This document shows, one piece after another, positions 26,026 through 39,249 of a stretch of DNA of 64,000 bases; positions within the stretch are counted from its first letter, which is position 1; each line of letters starts with the position of its first letter. The stretch is from Octopus sinensis (taxonomy: Eukaryota). The notes under the pieces were generated by a model, which was given only the letters and a program-made list of their open reading frames with translations, had not been told where the DNA came from and did not search any database. Made by a program: the position numbers and the translations under genes. The DNA lies in contig NC_042998.1 in the NCBI RefSeq assembly GCF_006345805.1, forward strand, positions 36,704,001 through 36,768,000, written 5' to 3'.

Positions 26026-26343
26026 CGTCTATTTCGAGATGTTATTTAAAGAGAATAATGCTGCGCAGTTTGAATTTTGTGTGCGTTGGATCGATACGAA
26101 GTTAACTCTCGCTCTTCTGCATAAGAAAAGAGAAAACTCAAGGAGTCGACGTGTACCGTAAAATGATGCCTTCATCATGTTTATGATGATAGGATAGAGA
26201 GAGTTGGTTGTCGGAGTTCGAAACTGTTGAATTATTGATAAGAGTACAAGGTGTAACGTGTTGGTAAAGATTAGGATATATTCTACACAGCAGAATAAGA
26301 AAAAGACAAGGCGGTGGGAGAGGAAAGGGATAAGCAGAAAGAG

Positions 26344-26380
<37 letters not shown>

Positions 26381-26424
26381 AGAGAGAGATTGAATAAATT
26401 GCTGGGCATAGGTACTGGCTTGTT

Positions 26425-26845
26425 AAGGCGGTGAGCTGGCAGAATCGTTAGCACGCCGGGCGATATGCTCAGCGGTATTTCATCTGCCGCTACATTCAGA
26501 GTTCAAATTCTGCCGAGGTCGATTTTGCCTTTCACCCTTTCGGGGTCGATTAAATAAGTACCATTTACGTACTGGGGGTCGATATAATCGACTTAATCCG
26601 TTTGTCTGCCCTTGTTTGTCCTCTCTGTGTGTAGCCCCTTGTGGGTAGTAAAGAAATTGGTATTTCATCTGCCGCTACGTTCAGAGTTCAAATTCTGCCG
26701 AGTCGACTTTGCCTTTCACCCTTTCGGGGTCGATTAAATAAGTACCATTTACGTACTGGGGGTCGATATAATCGACTTAATCCGTTTGTCTGTCCTTGTT
26801 TGTCCTCTCTGTGTTTGGCCCCTTGTGGGTAGTAAAGAAATAGGT
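26425..26845 (+). mobile_element. Dimeric SINE (one head plus two 184-bp bodies) with 17-bp target site duplication
   Basis: Units start at 26479 and 26663. ataggtactggcttgtt at 26408-26424 and 26840-26856. Confidence 0.92.
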
Positions 26846-26899
26846 ACTGGCTTGTTGGCACGATGTTTCCAATTACTGAAGAGAGAAATGAGAGGGTTT

Positions 26900-27750
26900 C
26901 TAACATTATTTGCAAAGGCCAGAGATGCTTTCATTTACCATTATGAACCGGTGCAGTTGTGAATGGTAGAGTGTAGAGGGACATCACAGGATGCCTAGTG
27001 TTACATATAAAACATTGTGTTTCCTTGTTTGGTGAGGCACCCTATTAGCTTTCCTAGATTTATACCTTATTACTAATTATCTCAACAATATCAAATAATC
27101 GTATACTTTATCATTAAAATGATGTTTTGTAAATTATGTCGGTTCCTATCTTTATTGGCTATTATGAGTTGTACGTCTCGAAAAGGACGTTCTTTCTTTG
27201 TTGTGTTCCATTGTAAATTGTATATTTGTATTTATGCTATCGAGAAGTGTTTTGAATTCCAAAAGTTTCTCCATGTTCTCATTGCATAGAATGAAAAAGT
27301 CATCCAAATATCTTTTCTGATTTTCCTTTATGCATTGGAAAAAGAGGATTTCCGTATTTTCTGAGTGATTACTGATATACTGTTAGCTTCAAATAATTCA
27401 TTGTATGGTTTGCAAGAATGGGAACTGCCTTGGCTTCCATCACAACTCCAAATTTTTCTCGGTATGTAGCTGTATCAAACTTGAAGTGATTGTCAAACAT
27501 AAAGTGATTTTACTGGAGAATAAATTTTAATGATTCAATTATGAAGTTTTTGCTAATACGTTCCGGTAATTCTTCTTGATATTTTGCTAGTCAAAACTGA
27601 GTTGCTTCTAATCCATAATTATGGGAAACATTAGTATACAGGTTTACAATATCAAAGGCTACCGTAAGTATTTTCCTTTACTCATTTTGGGAGATGTTTA
27701 ACATGTCCCAATCATCTCGAATGTAACATCTTATGTATATTAGAAGTAGT
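26900..27750 (-). mobile_element. Penelope-like reverse transcriptase remnant
   Basis: YIRDDWDML, AFDIVNLYTNVSHNYGLEA, LPERISKNFIIESLKFIL, KRYLDDFFI, INTNIQFTME. Stops and frameshifts present. Confidence 0.9.
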
Positions 27751-28504
27751 TTGTAATAAATGTTACATTAAAATTATATCAGTCTACATTCATTATTCTA
27801 GTATTTATAACCAGTTTTATGCATCGTAAAACTTGTTTCACTTTATCTGCAAGACCTATGTGCGTGCGTGCGCGTCTGTATCATTACAGTAGGTGTTTCT
27901 TGACGAAGCAACAATTGAAATAGAGTTGTTCTTTAATACGTGTGTGTACGTGTCTGATGATTATTCCTAAGTAAACTTCATTCCATTTGTCTTACGTCTT
28001 CTTATATTCTTCCAAGCACTGTACTTCCAAGCACTGTACAATCATATATTTTCTACGTTGATCGACAGTGGGGCATTGCACATATGGTATTGTTTTATGT
28101 CGGCCTCCCTACGGATCGCACAGCAAATTACAACAGTTCTTACCTGAAAAACAAGATCTATGGGAAAGCTACCATCAAAACGTCCATGTTTCTAAAGGAG
28201 TTGCAGTAAAAAATATTGACAAGTTTAGAATAAAACAAACTATTTCAATTAACATGTAAAACCCGCGTATTAAACAACAGAGGCGAACTGCACGTAGCTG
28301 ATTGGTTACTATAGTAACGGAAAACAAGCCTTCATAGGGACACACTACTGAACAAGTATGTCAGTTAACAATATCATTTCTTCGAAGATTTCCTGAAGGA
28401 GAGGTCCTAACCCCCTCACATATTGAAATGCAAAGAGTAAAACCTATCGAAGCCTACGATGGTTGATTACTTGCATTGTTTTGGCTTTATAAAACATGTA
28501 TGTG

Positions 28505-28553
<49 letters not shown>

Positions 28554-29091
28554 TTGTGTTTGTGTGTGTGTGTTTGTGTGTGTGTGTATGCTTGCCAATT
28601 TAGCGTATTTTACATACGATGGTATGCGATTGTGGTATGAACCTCTTCATCACCATATGGCCCGGCCTGCAGCCATAGGAAAATATAAATGGGCTTAAAT
28701 AATTGCTAAAGCAGCGACAAACGAGATCATTATGTGATATATCATCGAGTATCGATATGAAGACAAGATACAAATAGTCAAAAACCAACCCCTGGAGGCT
28801 TTTTTACCCCTATAGGAAAATTCATGACAATCAATAAACCAATAACCATTTATTCCTTCAACTATGAAAATTTGCAGACAACCTTGATGTCCATAGACTC
28901 AAAAATCGATAGACTGTGACAAGATAGGTTTCAGTCCTACAAATATACTTCAGCTTGTAGATTAATGTATATACAGAGGAACAATGTAGAAACCTACTTC
29001 CATACATGCATACAGGCGCCTAAACATGTACATACGTATATAAATCAATATATTTCACAGCTTTACAGAACCTCACACACACACTTGTATA

Positions 29092-29198
<107 letters not shown>

Positions 29199-29420
29199 AT
29201 ACTTACCATTGGCTGCACCTCTCTTTCGCGGATCAAAGTGACTTTGCATTGATGTGAAATCCTTAAAAAATATACCACGACGTCTACACATTTCTCACCT
29301 TGAACTTTCAACCTTGAACTTGTTCGCATAAACTGTCCCGTTTGTTGTATTTTTATTTTCTCTTATATTGCACGCATTTTTTTTCTCTCCTTCTTTCTGT
29401 GTTTTTTTTCTCTCTGTGAA

Positions 29421-29459
29421 TCTTTCTGTTGAAGAGCGTAGGCTCGAAACGTTAAAGAC
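29421..29459 (+). ncRNA. Minimal hammerhead-like motif (A6U variant)
   Basis: tcttt-CTGTTGA-A-GAGC-gtag-GCTC-GAAACGTT-aaaga. Stem I tcttt/aaaga. Confidence 0.55.
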
Positions 29460-29557
29460 TTGTTTTATTTATATTTCCTGAGCGCCATACTAATACAATT
29501 GTTCGTTTGTTTTCCACCTGCCTTTGTCTTTTGTCTATTTTCATAAAGCTTCCCGTT

Positions 29558-29588
<31 letters not shown>

Positions 29589-29679
29589 TTAAAAATGGGA
29601 TAAAATCTTTATAAGAATTTATCAAGTAGTTAGCGTGAAAAAACTCATAAGAGAAAAATTGGTGGATTTTTCTCTTATG

Positions 29680-29731
<52 letters not shown>

Positions 29732-29893
29732 ACGTATATTTTGCTACCCTGATATTGATTAATTAGTGATTTTTTGACTAATATATATATACATAAATGT
29801 ATATAGGGGATAATTCACGAAAAAACAAAAGACGAAGACAGGTGGTGTAGAAAACAAACAGATGTATTAGTATAACGCTCAGGAATTGAAAAA

Positions 29894-29931
29894 GTCTTTT
29901 ACGCTTCGAGCCTACGCTCTTCCACAGAAAG
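29894..29931 (-). ncRNA. Minimal hammerhead-like motif, degenerate
   Basis: Minus strand tcttt-CTGTGGA-A-GAGC-gtag-GCTC-GAAGCGTA-aaaga. Confidence 0.45.
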
Positions 29932-29989
29932 AAACAAGGAGAGAAAAAAAATGTGTGTAGTGGCTACCGATCTATCATGTATATACACG

Positions 29990-30021
<32 letters not shown>

Positions 30022-31796
30022 TATCTATATAAGCATATGCATATTTATGAATGTATATACATATATATATTTACATATACACGCATCTATCTATCTATTT
30101 ATCTATCTATATATCTATCTATCTGTCTGTCTATCTAACTATCTATCTTTCCATCTATCTATTAATCTATTTCTCCATCTCTCTCTCTCTCTTGTGAAAG
30201 AAGTTACCTGTCAAACAAGTGACACTTTGTGATGTCAAAAGGGACTTAATTTAGCAGGCATCAGGAAGACAGATATGGAAGGTGGGAGGCCGGGAGTGTA
30301 AGAATTGTAAGTAACATGTGACCGAAAGAGCGAGCGACAGATATATTAATGGTATATTTCATGCATAAAGTTTTTCAACAGAACTAAAGAAGAAAATCTG
30401 TAAAGATTACCAGCGTGAAAAATATATTACGATTATTTTCCTTCTGCCTTTTCTCAATTAACGAATCATTAAGATTTTTAAAAAAAAGTTCCAAATTGCG
30501 CATGGACTATCGGCTGCTGAGTGACGCTAATGTTTGTGTAAAGTTTCATAAATGATGGTTGCTTGAATAAGAAAAAAAGTGAAAATTCAGTAAGAACAGT
30601 ATCAAACTGTAGCACAAGACAAAAAACAAAAAGACAAGGTGACGTAGCAGCTGCAGGAACTAAAAATGTCCAATGCAGGAAATGCTAATTTTTGCAGGAA
30701 ATTGAATATGAACATCAAGCTAAGAGAAGAAATGAATGTTTAAGGAAACATACGGAAAGACTTATTGCATTAAGAAAATAAGAAGAGTAGAAGCAGACGA
30801 TGTAGCTCACAGAAGAAAATCATCGCTAGAAGAAAGAGAAAAGGTAGAAAAAGGGAGAGAGAAAGAATTGCAGATAGGACAAGATATCACCTGAAGGAAC
30901 GGAGCAAAGGAGAATGCATAAAATACAAGAAACCAAAAAAAATTATCGCAGAATAAAATCGAAGAGAATGATAGAATAAAACTGATGAAACAGCTTTACG
31001 GCACCACCAAAATAATGCTGAAATTATGAGACAATTAACAACAATGTCTATGAGTCTTTCAGTGAGCAGCATATAAGGAAGCTGAGATTCAACCTGATAT
31101 TTGTTGCAGAAAGCTTGACACCTGCCAGTTCTATATGTCACTGAAATATTTATTCCAAGAACAACTTCAATATGGGCAAGAAGAGAAAAAGCAGAAGTTT
31201 TTGCAAAGGCGAGAACAAAACGCAACAGCATTCGATTCGTTTGGTTTCGTTTCGTTTCTTCTTCTTCTCTAAGCTGGTTTATATATATATATATACATAT
31301 ATATGCAGAAGTTTCTAAATCATAAATAGCGAAAAAAGAATATAGATGTTTATTGCTAACAGAGAAATTAGTAAACGAGATAAATGATATATAAAACAAG
31401 AAAAAACAACAACGAAACAAAATGATAGACAAGAAGACACTAAACATCAGTAACAAAATGAAAACTATTTTGAGATTCATTAAACATTTAAGAAGAATTT
31501 CCCACTCGGAGAAAATTTATCAGCTTCTGTCATAAGAATAAAATTTTGACACAGCATCAGCAAGATTGCCCTGAATATGGTGCAACCTAACATCATATAG
31601 ATCAGATTTATCGAAGAGTATCAACGACTAAAGTCAGCAGTATGAAACACCTACACACAGGCACACATGAGCAGACATATATAGTTGCGTACTAACGTAT
31701 GTATGTATGTATGTATGTATGTATGTATGTATGTATGTATGTATGTATGTATGTATGTATGTATGTATGTATGTATGTATGTATATATGTATGTCA

Positions 31797-32345
31797 GGTC
31801 ACTTTCGAGTGCTACTGGTAACATGTAACCCAGTACAACCTGTTGCATGGTCGGGTCGTTGGCGACTAAACCGGCAACCCCACCAAGCTTGCTTGGTGAG
31901 GAGGGTGTTTATTGGACATCCTGCTGGATGAAAAACAAAACCCGTCAATGGGCGGAGGAACTCTTGAGAGTCAACGGCCATCCAATAAATGCCTTAAGAC
32001 TGTATCATGCGCGGGGACATAGAAATAATCGGACTGAATACCCGATCGCGCGGTTAAACCATTGGGAGTGAAGGACTCCTAGCCTTTGTTAGGGCATCCT
32101 TCTAGGAGAAGGTAACTCAGGAAACTGGGATAACTCCGACATAAAACCTGCGGCTCAGTGGTTACCGATGATGTTGGCTTGTTCTTCTTTTCGGATTATG
32201 GCTGCTGTTGCTTAGTGAGTGGGATTGACTCAGTGCACAGCCTTTCCTCACTTAAAAAAAATCTTCTTGCACAGGCATTGCACGATAACAACATTGATTA
32301 AGCTTCGTGCAATGGCCATACTCGATAACTAGGGGGCAGCCACCA
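31797..32345 (+). mobile_element. Non-autonomous RTE-like retroposon inserted in (TATG)n
   Basis: GC-richer ORF-less block with agggcatccttctaggagaaggtaactc, resembling the RTE 5'UTR motif. (TATG)n on both sides. Diverged relative at 39250-39505. Confidence 0.6.
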
Positions 32346-32384
32346 TATATGTATGTATTTATGTATGTGGTGTGAATAAAGTCA

Positions 32385-33320
32385 CTTTGGGACGATATTT
32401 GGATTCCAAGCTTATTCATTAATATGACTGCTGGTCCAAAATGGCCAGAAATGCTGAATGAACTTTTTACTCAGCCAATATCAACTTGATAGACCAGTTT
32501 TTATAGCCACAGTTCTTAGCATGAAGCTAAATAACTTAATGAATGTTATCCTTAAGAATCGGCCAACCTGTGGCATATTGTCATTCTTTAGAATTTCAAC
32601 ATCATGGCATTCCCTGCGCTTTGCTTTAATCCTCTTAGAGTAAGATGGTAAGATTGACGATAATAATCTTGATAAAATAGTTTGCGCTCAATTTCCTGAT
32701 CCTGAAAAAAAACTCTATGAAATATTGCTATGATTTATTATATGTAGATGAGTGGACATATAATCTAAATGCATTTTTATAAGAATAATGGTGAGTGGAC
32801 AAAAGTATCGACTCCATGCTAACGTTGAGAGTAACACAATATTCAGAAGAGGCCAAAAAACAACGATTGAATCTCGAAACGGAAGTGTACGTAATGAAAA
32901 CGTTCTTCCATAATCGTTTCAGAGGTTTTAAATACAGCTGCCTCATCGACATGGGTATCTGACCCTCAATTCAGTCGGTGAAGAATATGTTTGAGTAGAT
33001 GTATATCGATCATGATAATGTCAATGTGGTAACAGATTGAGTACCAATATATTTATGAGCAAATCGGTAGATATTTGGACAACAAATACGAGTATCACAT
33101 ACACAATGTGAAGACGATGCGAAACTATAATGTCTGACATCTCACATTCGGTGATAAGGTTACCTGTGCGTCTGTGATCAACAACTGTTAGTGTAGGTTA
33201 ACAAAAGGACGGAACAGTATGCTCAAACTAGACAACCAAAGCTCACAACGCATCTTAAATACCTGAAAATGATGAATTTGCAAGACAATTTCTTTATGCT
33301 GAAGGTTGTTACCACCGTTT
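32385..33320 (+). mobile_element. Degraded Helitron Rep domain
   Basis: LFINMTAGPKWPEML..DRPVFIATVLSMKL..EFQHHGIP..LDKIVCAQFPDPE, then VIRLPVRL and DEFARQFLYAE. These match the Helitron FITFT.NP.W.E, DRPD and EFQ.RG.PH motifs. Confidence 0.85.
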
Positions 33321-33495
33321 TCAAAACAAAATAAAGGAACAGGTTATTGGGAAAATAGAAAAATAAATTCGTGCAAAGTTAGATACACAGACATACACAA
33401 ATATGCATATCGAAAGAGAGAGAGAGAGTGAGAGAAAGAGAAAGAGAAAGAGGAGGAGAAACAAAGAGAGAGACAGAGAAAGAGAAAGAGGGGAG

Positions 33496-33531
<36 letters not shown>

Positions 33532-34424
33532 AGGGTCAGAGAGAGAAAGGGAAATTTTGTGCTTCCGTTCCAAAATGTAAAATGCTTAATAGACACCAGT
33601 GTGCGAAGTGTGTGTAGAAAGTGAATTGGATGTTAGTAAACCGGATTATTGACGTTAGTGTTGGTAAACCGGATTATTGGCGTTAGTCAACCGTACGTAG
33701 CGGTAAGGCCAGAATAATTATCTCAGATTTATCGAAGAGTATCAACGACTAAAGCCAACAGTATGAAGCACCTACTCACACGCACACAAGTGCAGACATA
33801 TATTTGCGTACTCACGTATGCATGTATGTATGCATGTATGTATGTATGTATGTATGTATGTATGTATGTATGTTTGTATTTTCGACTTTTGAATTCGTCC
33901 CAATTTTCATTGCGTGCTTATTGACTACGTTTTGCAAACATAGACTCTTTCGATCTGTCTGCTAGAATTATTCAGCAGATGTTTTCTATTATGGCCACAA
34001 TACAAGAATAACCACTATAGACTTGCGCGGGTTTCGAACATGTTCCTTCGTACCCAACTGCTTCTCGTTCTTTTTCGGCGGATATGTCTCTTTGGGTTTC
34101 AATCCCAAAGTATGATACTTCACGTAAGTGTCTCTTTACTGTGTATTTTATTTGCTTCAGTCATTAAACTGCGGCTATCTTGTGACATGCTTATTTGGAA
34201 TGCTTATTTTGTTAAAGCCTGGTATTTATTCTATCAGTGTCTTTCGCCGAACTGCTATGTTACAGGTACGTACACACACCAGTACCGGTTGTCATGCGCT
34301 GTGTGTGTGTGGGGTGGGACAAGCACAAATACACACACACACACACATATATATGTATATATACCTATATTATATATACAATAGCCTTCTTCCAGTTTCC
34401 ATCTGCCGAATGCACTCATATATA

Positions 34425-34775
34425 TATAGTTTTGGGATTTGGTTTGCAAGATTCTTTATGTGAGTTCGTGAGTTGAAACATATTCTGTTGTGTCTTATAA
34501 TTTAACACATTTACCGGTAAAATTTCCACTTATTTCTTATTTAGTTTTCTAAAATTTTCGTTGCATCTTGCAACCTTTCCAATAGTTTTGAAAAGGTTGC
34601 AAGATGCAAAGAAAACTTTAGGAAAATAAAGAAGGAAACGCGTGGAAATTTTCCGGTGAGTGTGATTAGTTATAAAGCACTAAAAGAGAATGAATCTCCA
34701 CAGACACAACAGAATGTGTTTCAACACACGAACTCACATAAAGAATCTTGCAAACCAAATCCAAAAACGATATAT
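34425..34775. repeat. ~350 bp imperfect palindrome between (TA)n
   Basis: gatttggtttgcaagattctttatgtgagttcgtg pairs with cacgaactcacataaagaatcttgcaaaccaaatc. Centre ~34585. Confidence 0.92.
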
Positions 34776-35164
34776 ATATATATATATAATTAAGATTCAT
34801 TTAAATAAGGTACTTAAATTGAGGCAGCTTGCTTGTTCGGTTTAATCTACACAACAATAATGTTTGAAAATTGAATATCAAGACTCCGTGTAGGGGTATT
34901 TGTACGCAACATTCCTGTCGCGTGTGCAGACAACGCAACTCAGCTAAGTGAAATTATCGGCTCCTGGTAAGTCAGACATGTACTTTTGCTAAAGGTACTT
35001 TCTATAGTATTTTCGAAGCGCAGATTCCAAGTTAGGTGAACAGAATATAAATAAGTAACAAAGATCTACAGGTGTCAATTAATTACGATTAATTACGGCA
35101 CCTGTACATCTTTGTTTTATATATATATATTTATATAAGACTTGTGTGTATGTACGCGTATTTC

Positions 35165-35365
35165 TGTCTGAGTTTGTCTCCCACCGCTTATCAAGCGGTC
35201 TTGGTGGGTGTTTTCATCCCAGTGACTTAGTGGTTCGTCAAAGGCACCGTTTAATTACCAGGCTTGAAAACAGACAATAAATTCTGGGGTCGATCTGTTC
35301 CTTCGACTAAAATTCTTGCAGGCAGTGCTCCAGCATGGCCGCAGTCCGAAACAAATAAGAGATGA
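35165..35365 (+). mobile_element. SINE 3' part
   Basis: gacttagtggttcg..ctggggtcgat..cgactaaaattctt..gtgctccagcatggccgcagtc. Confidence 0.65.
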
Positions 35366-35726
35366 TGAAAAAAAAAGAGTGATTTGACCGAGAAATCTTT
35401 ATGCATAGTGAACCAATCTCGAATCAATACGTGGAGAATACAGCAAAACTTTTCCATTAGCGCTGCTCAACAAGCTTGATTACGCTTTGCTGGAACCGAA
35501 TACAAACGAAGTTTAGACACAATATAGGAACAAAACACAATTATTCTGCGTGATCATCTGCCAGGACATCCTGATGATAGCATTACGTCGACGGAATGTG
35601 ATGGTTGTGTTTACAGAGATTTCTGTTATATTGAAAAGAAAATTGGAAAAAGATTACACGTAAAACTTATCCGTGTTTTACTCATAAATATACATTAACA
35701 TACATACATGTACTCACACGTACAGT

Positions 35727-35788
<62 letters not shown>

Positions 35789-35884
35789 ATATAATATATA
35801 TATGTATATATATATATATATATATATGTATATAAATATATATATATATGTATATAAATATATATATATATATGTATGTATATG

Positions 35885-35957
<73 letters not shown>

Positions 35958-36764
35958 ACTGTAAATAGTTTTGTGAAATCTAAATATCACTGTGCACGTT
36001 GTATATAAAGAATAATCACTCTGTAAAATTTACACGATATGGGGAATAGTGAGAGTTATGAAAGATGCACAGCTCTAGTCGTCCACTAGAATTTTCAAAT
36101 AATAATGAATATTGTTTTTCTGGTTAGCTGGTAAATTCTTCCGTGATTTACTCTGTCACGTATTCAATAGTTTTTGTCAGCTGCAGTAAATTTTATGCTA
36201 AACACCGAATTGTTCAGCATCGTAGAAGGCATAAATTAATATTAATCTCCATAACGAATGTCTGAATGTAACACGAGTTGAAGGAATATGATACATGTTT
36301 TGCTCAACGAATTTTGTGTAAAATTATTTCTGTTTTCCGTTTTTTGTTTGTTTGTTTCGAATATAATTTATGGTGCATATCCAGCTATTCTTTGTTTTAC
36401 TCTATGCACCTTGCAGCGGATGAGAGTAGAAATATTTCCTGGAAACCATGTCTTCAGTCTATATCAGGTTGACATCATGGAATAGCTACAATATATTCTT
36501 TTTTAATACGCTGGGAGCGAGTTGAGTTAATCTTCTTCTCAATGAATACAGCAAATATAATAAGTAGGATAGGAATTTACTCTTTTATACGCAACCTATT
36601 TATGGGAACATCGTACTGATCGACACGTTATCATTTGATATCGTTAAAACGGTTCATTTAGCATTATAATCAAGTATCTTATGATTGTGAAGGTTATATA
36701 TCGGTTTAAATTTTGTATAGACAAAGATGTGATTATCATAATGCACTTTTTAAAAAATGTAATA

Positions 36765-36965
36765 CCGGTTTCAAATTTTGGCACAAGGCCAGCAATTTCG
36801 GGTGACGGGGTAAGTCGATTATATCGGCTACAATCCTAATTTTATTGACCCCGAAAGGATGAAGGAAAGTCAAAGTCGACCGCGTCGGAATTTGAACTCA
36901 GAATGTAAAGACGGACAAAACGTCGCTTAGCATTTTGTCCGACATGCTAACGATTCTAGTAACTC
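36765..36965 (-). mobile_element. SINE with Nin/Deu-like domain
   Basis: tttcaaattttggcacaaggccagcaatttc..gaccccgaaaggatgaa..ggaatttgaactcagaa. Confidence 0.82.
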
Positions 36966-37702
36966 GCTCCCTTTTTCTTAAATATAGTAGTGATAATGTA
37001 CAGCGGACACTTGATGCAGTCGGCGTAAACGCTTCGTTAATATTGGATTGTTTCGAAGAGAATGGTCTGTTACGAAGAGCATAATTCCATTTACAATAAC
37101 CACAATATAATTTAGAATACGGAATGATCTGACTATATAATCTGCAAACCTGAACCATAAAATGGATAAGAAGAGATAAATTCTACTACTACAACTTACC
37201 AAGATAAAACCATAAATGATAGCCGAGGCGGCAGAAAGAGTCTGTTGCTGGCTATAACACAAGCGAAAGGAGGAGTTAAGATGGAAGTCAGGAGGGGAAA
37301 ATGGGCGGTGATCTGACCACCACATCAGATTCACGAACGAGACAGTGTTGCAGTCTAAGATCGAAATACTCAATGGTCGTTGCGTATCGACTGGTGATAT
37401 CAATACGTCCTGGTCAAAAGTTGAATGCCGATAAAACATCGTTTATGTTTTTAGATTCAATGAATATCGTATGTGCATATGTCAACACTTGCTTATATGG
37501 ACATCGATCTATATGTACCTCTGAATTTGTGTGTAAATGTTAATCACCTACCTATGTGTGTGTGTATGTGTGTGTGTGTTTATGTATGCACGACCGCGCC
37601 CCTGTGTATGCACTATTTCTGCATGGATATACACATTACGAATCAATAATTGCTGTATGGGGACATATTATCAACGACATCATAGTTCCTGGATTTCTAC
37701 TC

Positions 37703-38165
37703 AGGTACTTTTTGGTTATCTCACCCCCATTACAAAATTGCCATTAAAAAATTGGGTTATCTCCCCACTAAAAAATCGACTCTATGTGGCGACAAGAGAT
37801 TGGATTAAAAGAGTAAGATCCTTTTCATTCAATACTTCAACACATTGTTGACTTTTTGTCCTCAAAATAGGAATGCTATGATTTGTTATAAAAACGTTAT
37901 GAGATTCAGTAAGATGTTTAATTTTTTTCCAGTTTTCATGTTTATTAATCATTTCAGTTTTGAATGATTTGTTATAAAATCAGATTCAGTAATATGTTCT
38001 ATCTCTCCACTTTGCATCTCTATTAATTTTTTTCATTTTTTTCTTGTTTTATTGAGGGTTAAACATATTTTTTAGTTGAGGAAGATGACCAAAAGTATCG
38101 ATATTTCTCGTAAAACAGGGGCAATAAGCCATTTTTTAATGGGGGTCAGATAGCCAAAAATACCT
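37703..38165. mobile_element. MITE-like element with ~30 bp terminal inverted repeats
   Basis: aggtactttttggttatctcacccccatt pairs with aatgggggtcagatagccaaaaatacct. AT-rich interior, no ORF. Confidence 0.65.
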
Positions 38166-39249
38166 CTACTCCTTCCTCTCTTTCTTTACCTCAATTAATT
38201 TATTTAATCCCAGAATTTTAGTATTACCCTTAAGAAATAAGGTTATGGTTTTGATATGTTGTGTGTCGTTACTCTCAGTTATTCAAGCTATACAAATTTC
38301 TTCCTGGGATATTGAAATTTTAAACAATGTGTCATACTTTTATTGCAATAATTCGAAAGTGAACCGTTAGGTGGCTGGAAAGGCATCACGATCCGACCAC
38401 AGTAGTTTCATGTGATCGGTTTATTAAGCAAGCAATTAGTTCCAAGCTATCAAGTGATTAAATTTGCTAGAATTTTGTCCTTCAAACGTGTTTGGCTGTA
38501 AACAGTTGCAGAGTGTTGGAAATTTGGCATCTCAACTCTAGCCAGTCGGCCCACGAAGGCAGCTAAGATAAAATGCAGAATATTGAGGCATGTACGCGTT
38601 GGGTTACCATTGTTGCCACAATCTAGCCAATGGCAGATACTCAATAGGAAGCTCCGTCATCACAAATATAGCACAGTTGTTTCTAGTTATGATGGGACAG
38701 CCACAGATTGCTGTATCAGTCTCTCCTGGTGTGTCATTATTGCTCTGATTATTTGTAAAAGACCAACACAACTTGTTCGTTTGTGTTGTCAGTGACTTCT
38801 TCATGCAACTCAACCAGTGATCATTACAGACGAACCAACGACAGCAACAACAGTGATTCACAGCGTTATATTTAAATAATATAAAATATTCCTTCTCAGT
38901 TCCTCGATGACAAATTTGTACATTTATACTATAAGTAGCTTTGAGACATAAATCTATCATGTCTTGCAACATATTTTCTATAGTCTAGAATTTTTATTTT
39001 TCCAAATACATATGTATCAATCTATACATGATAGCTTTAATTCGTAGACGAGTATGACCATCACTGGCAAAACATTGTCTGTCCATTGAGATGGTCCAGA
39101 GAAAAACCGAGGCACGATTCTAGTCCCAATATATGGAATATGTTCGGAAATGTGGGATGGCTATGGTCTCAAGCTCAAGCAAAAGATTCCACATATGTCA
39201 ATATTCTGTTTTAAATCAGTGCTTTTTTCTCCTAGAAACATGCTTTAAT

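Noticed and set aside
30887-31480. 197-aa hydrophobic minus-strand ORF as a membrane protein
   Set aside because: Antisense of an A-rich decayed element, crosses a TA repeat, and has no recognisable motif.
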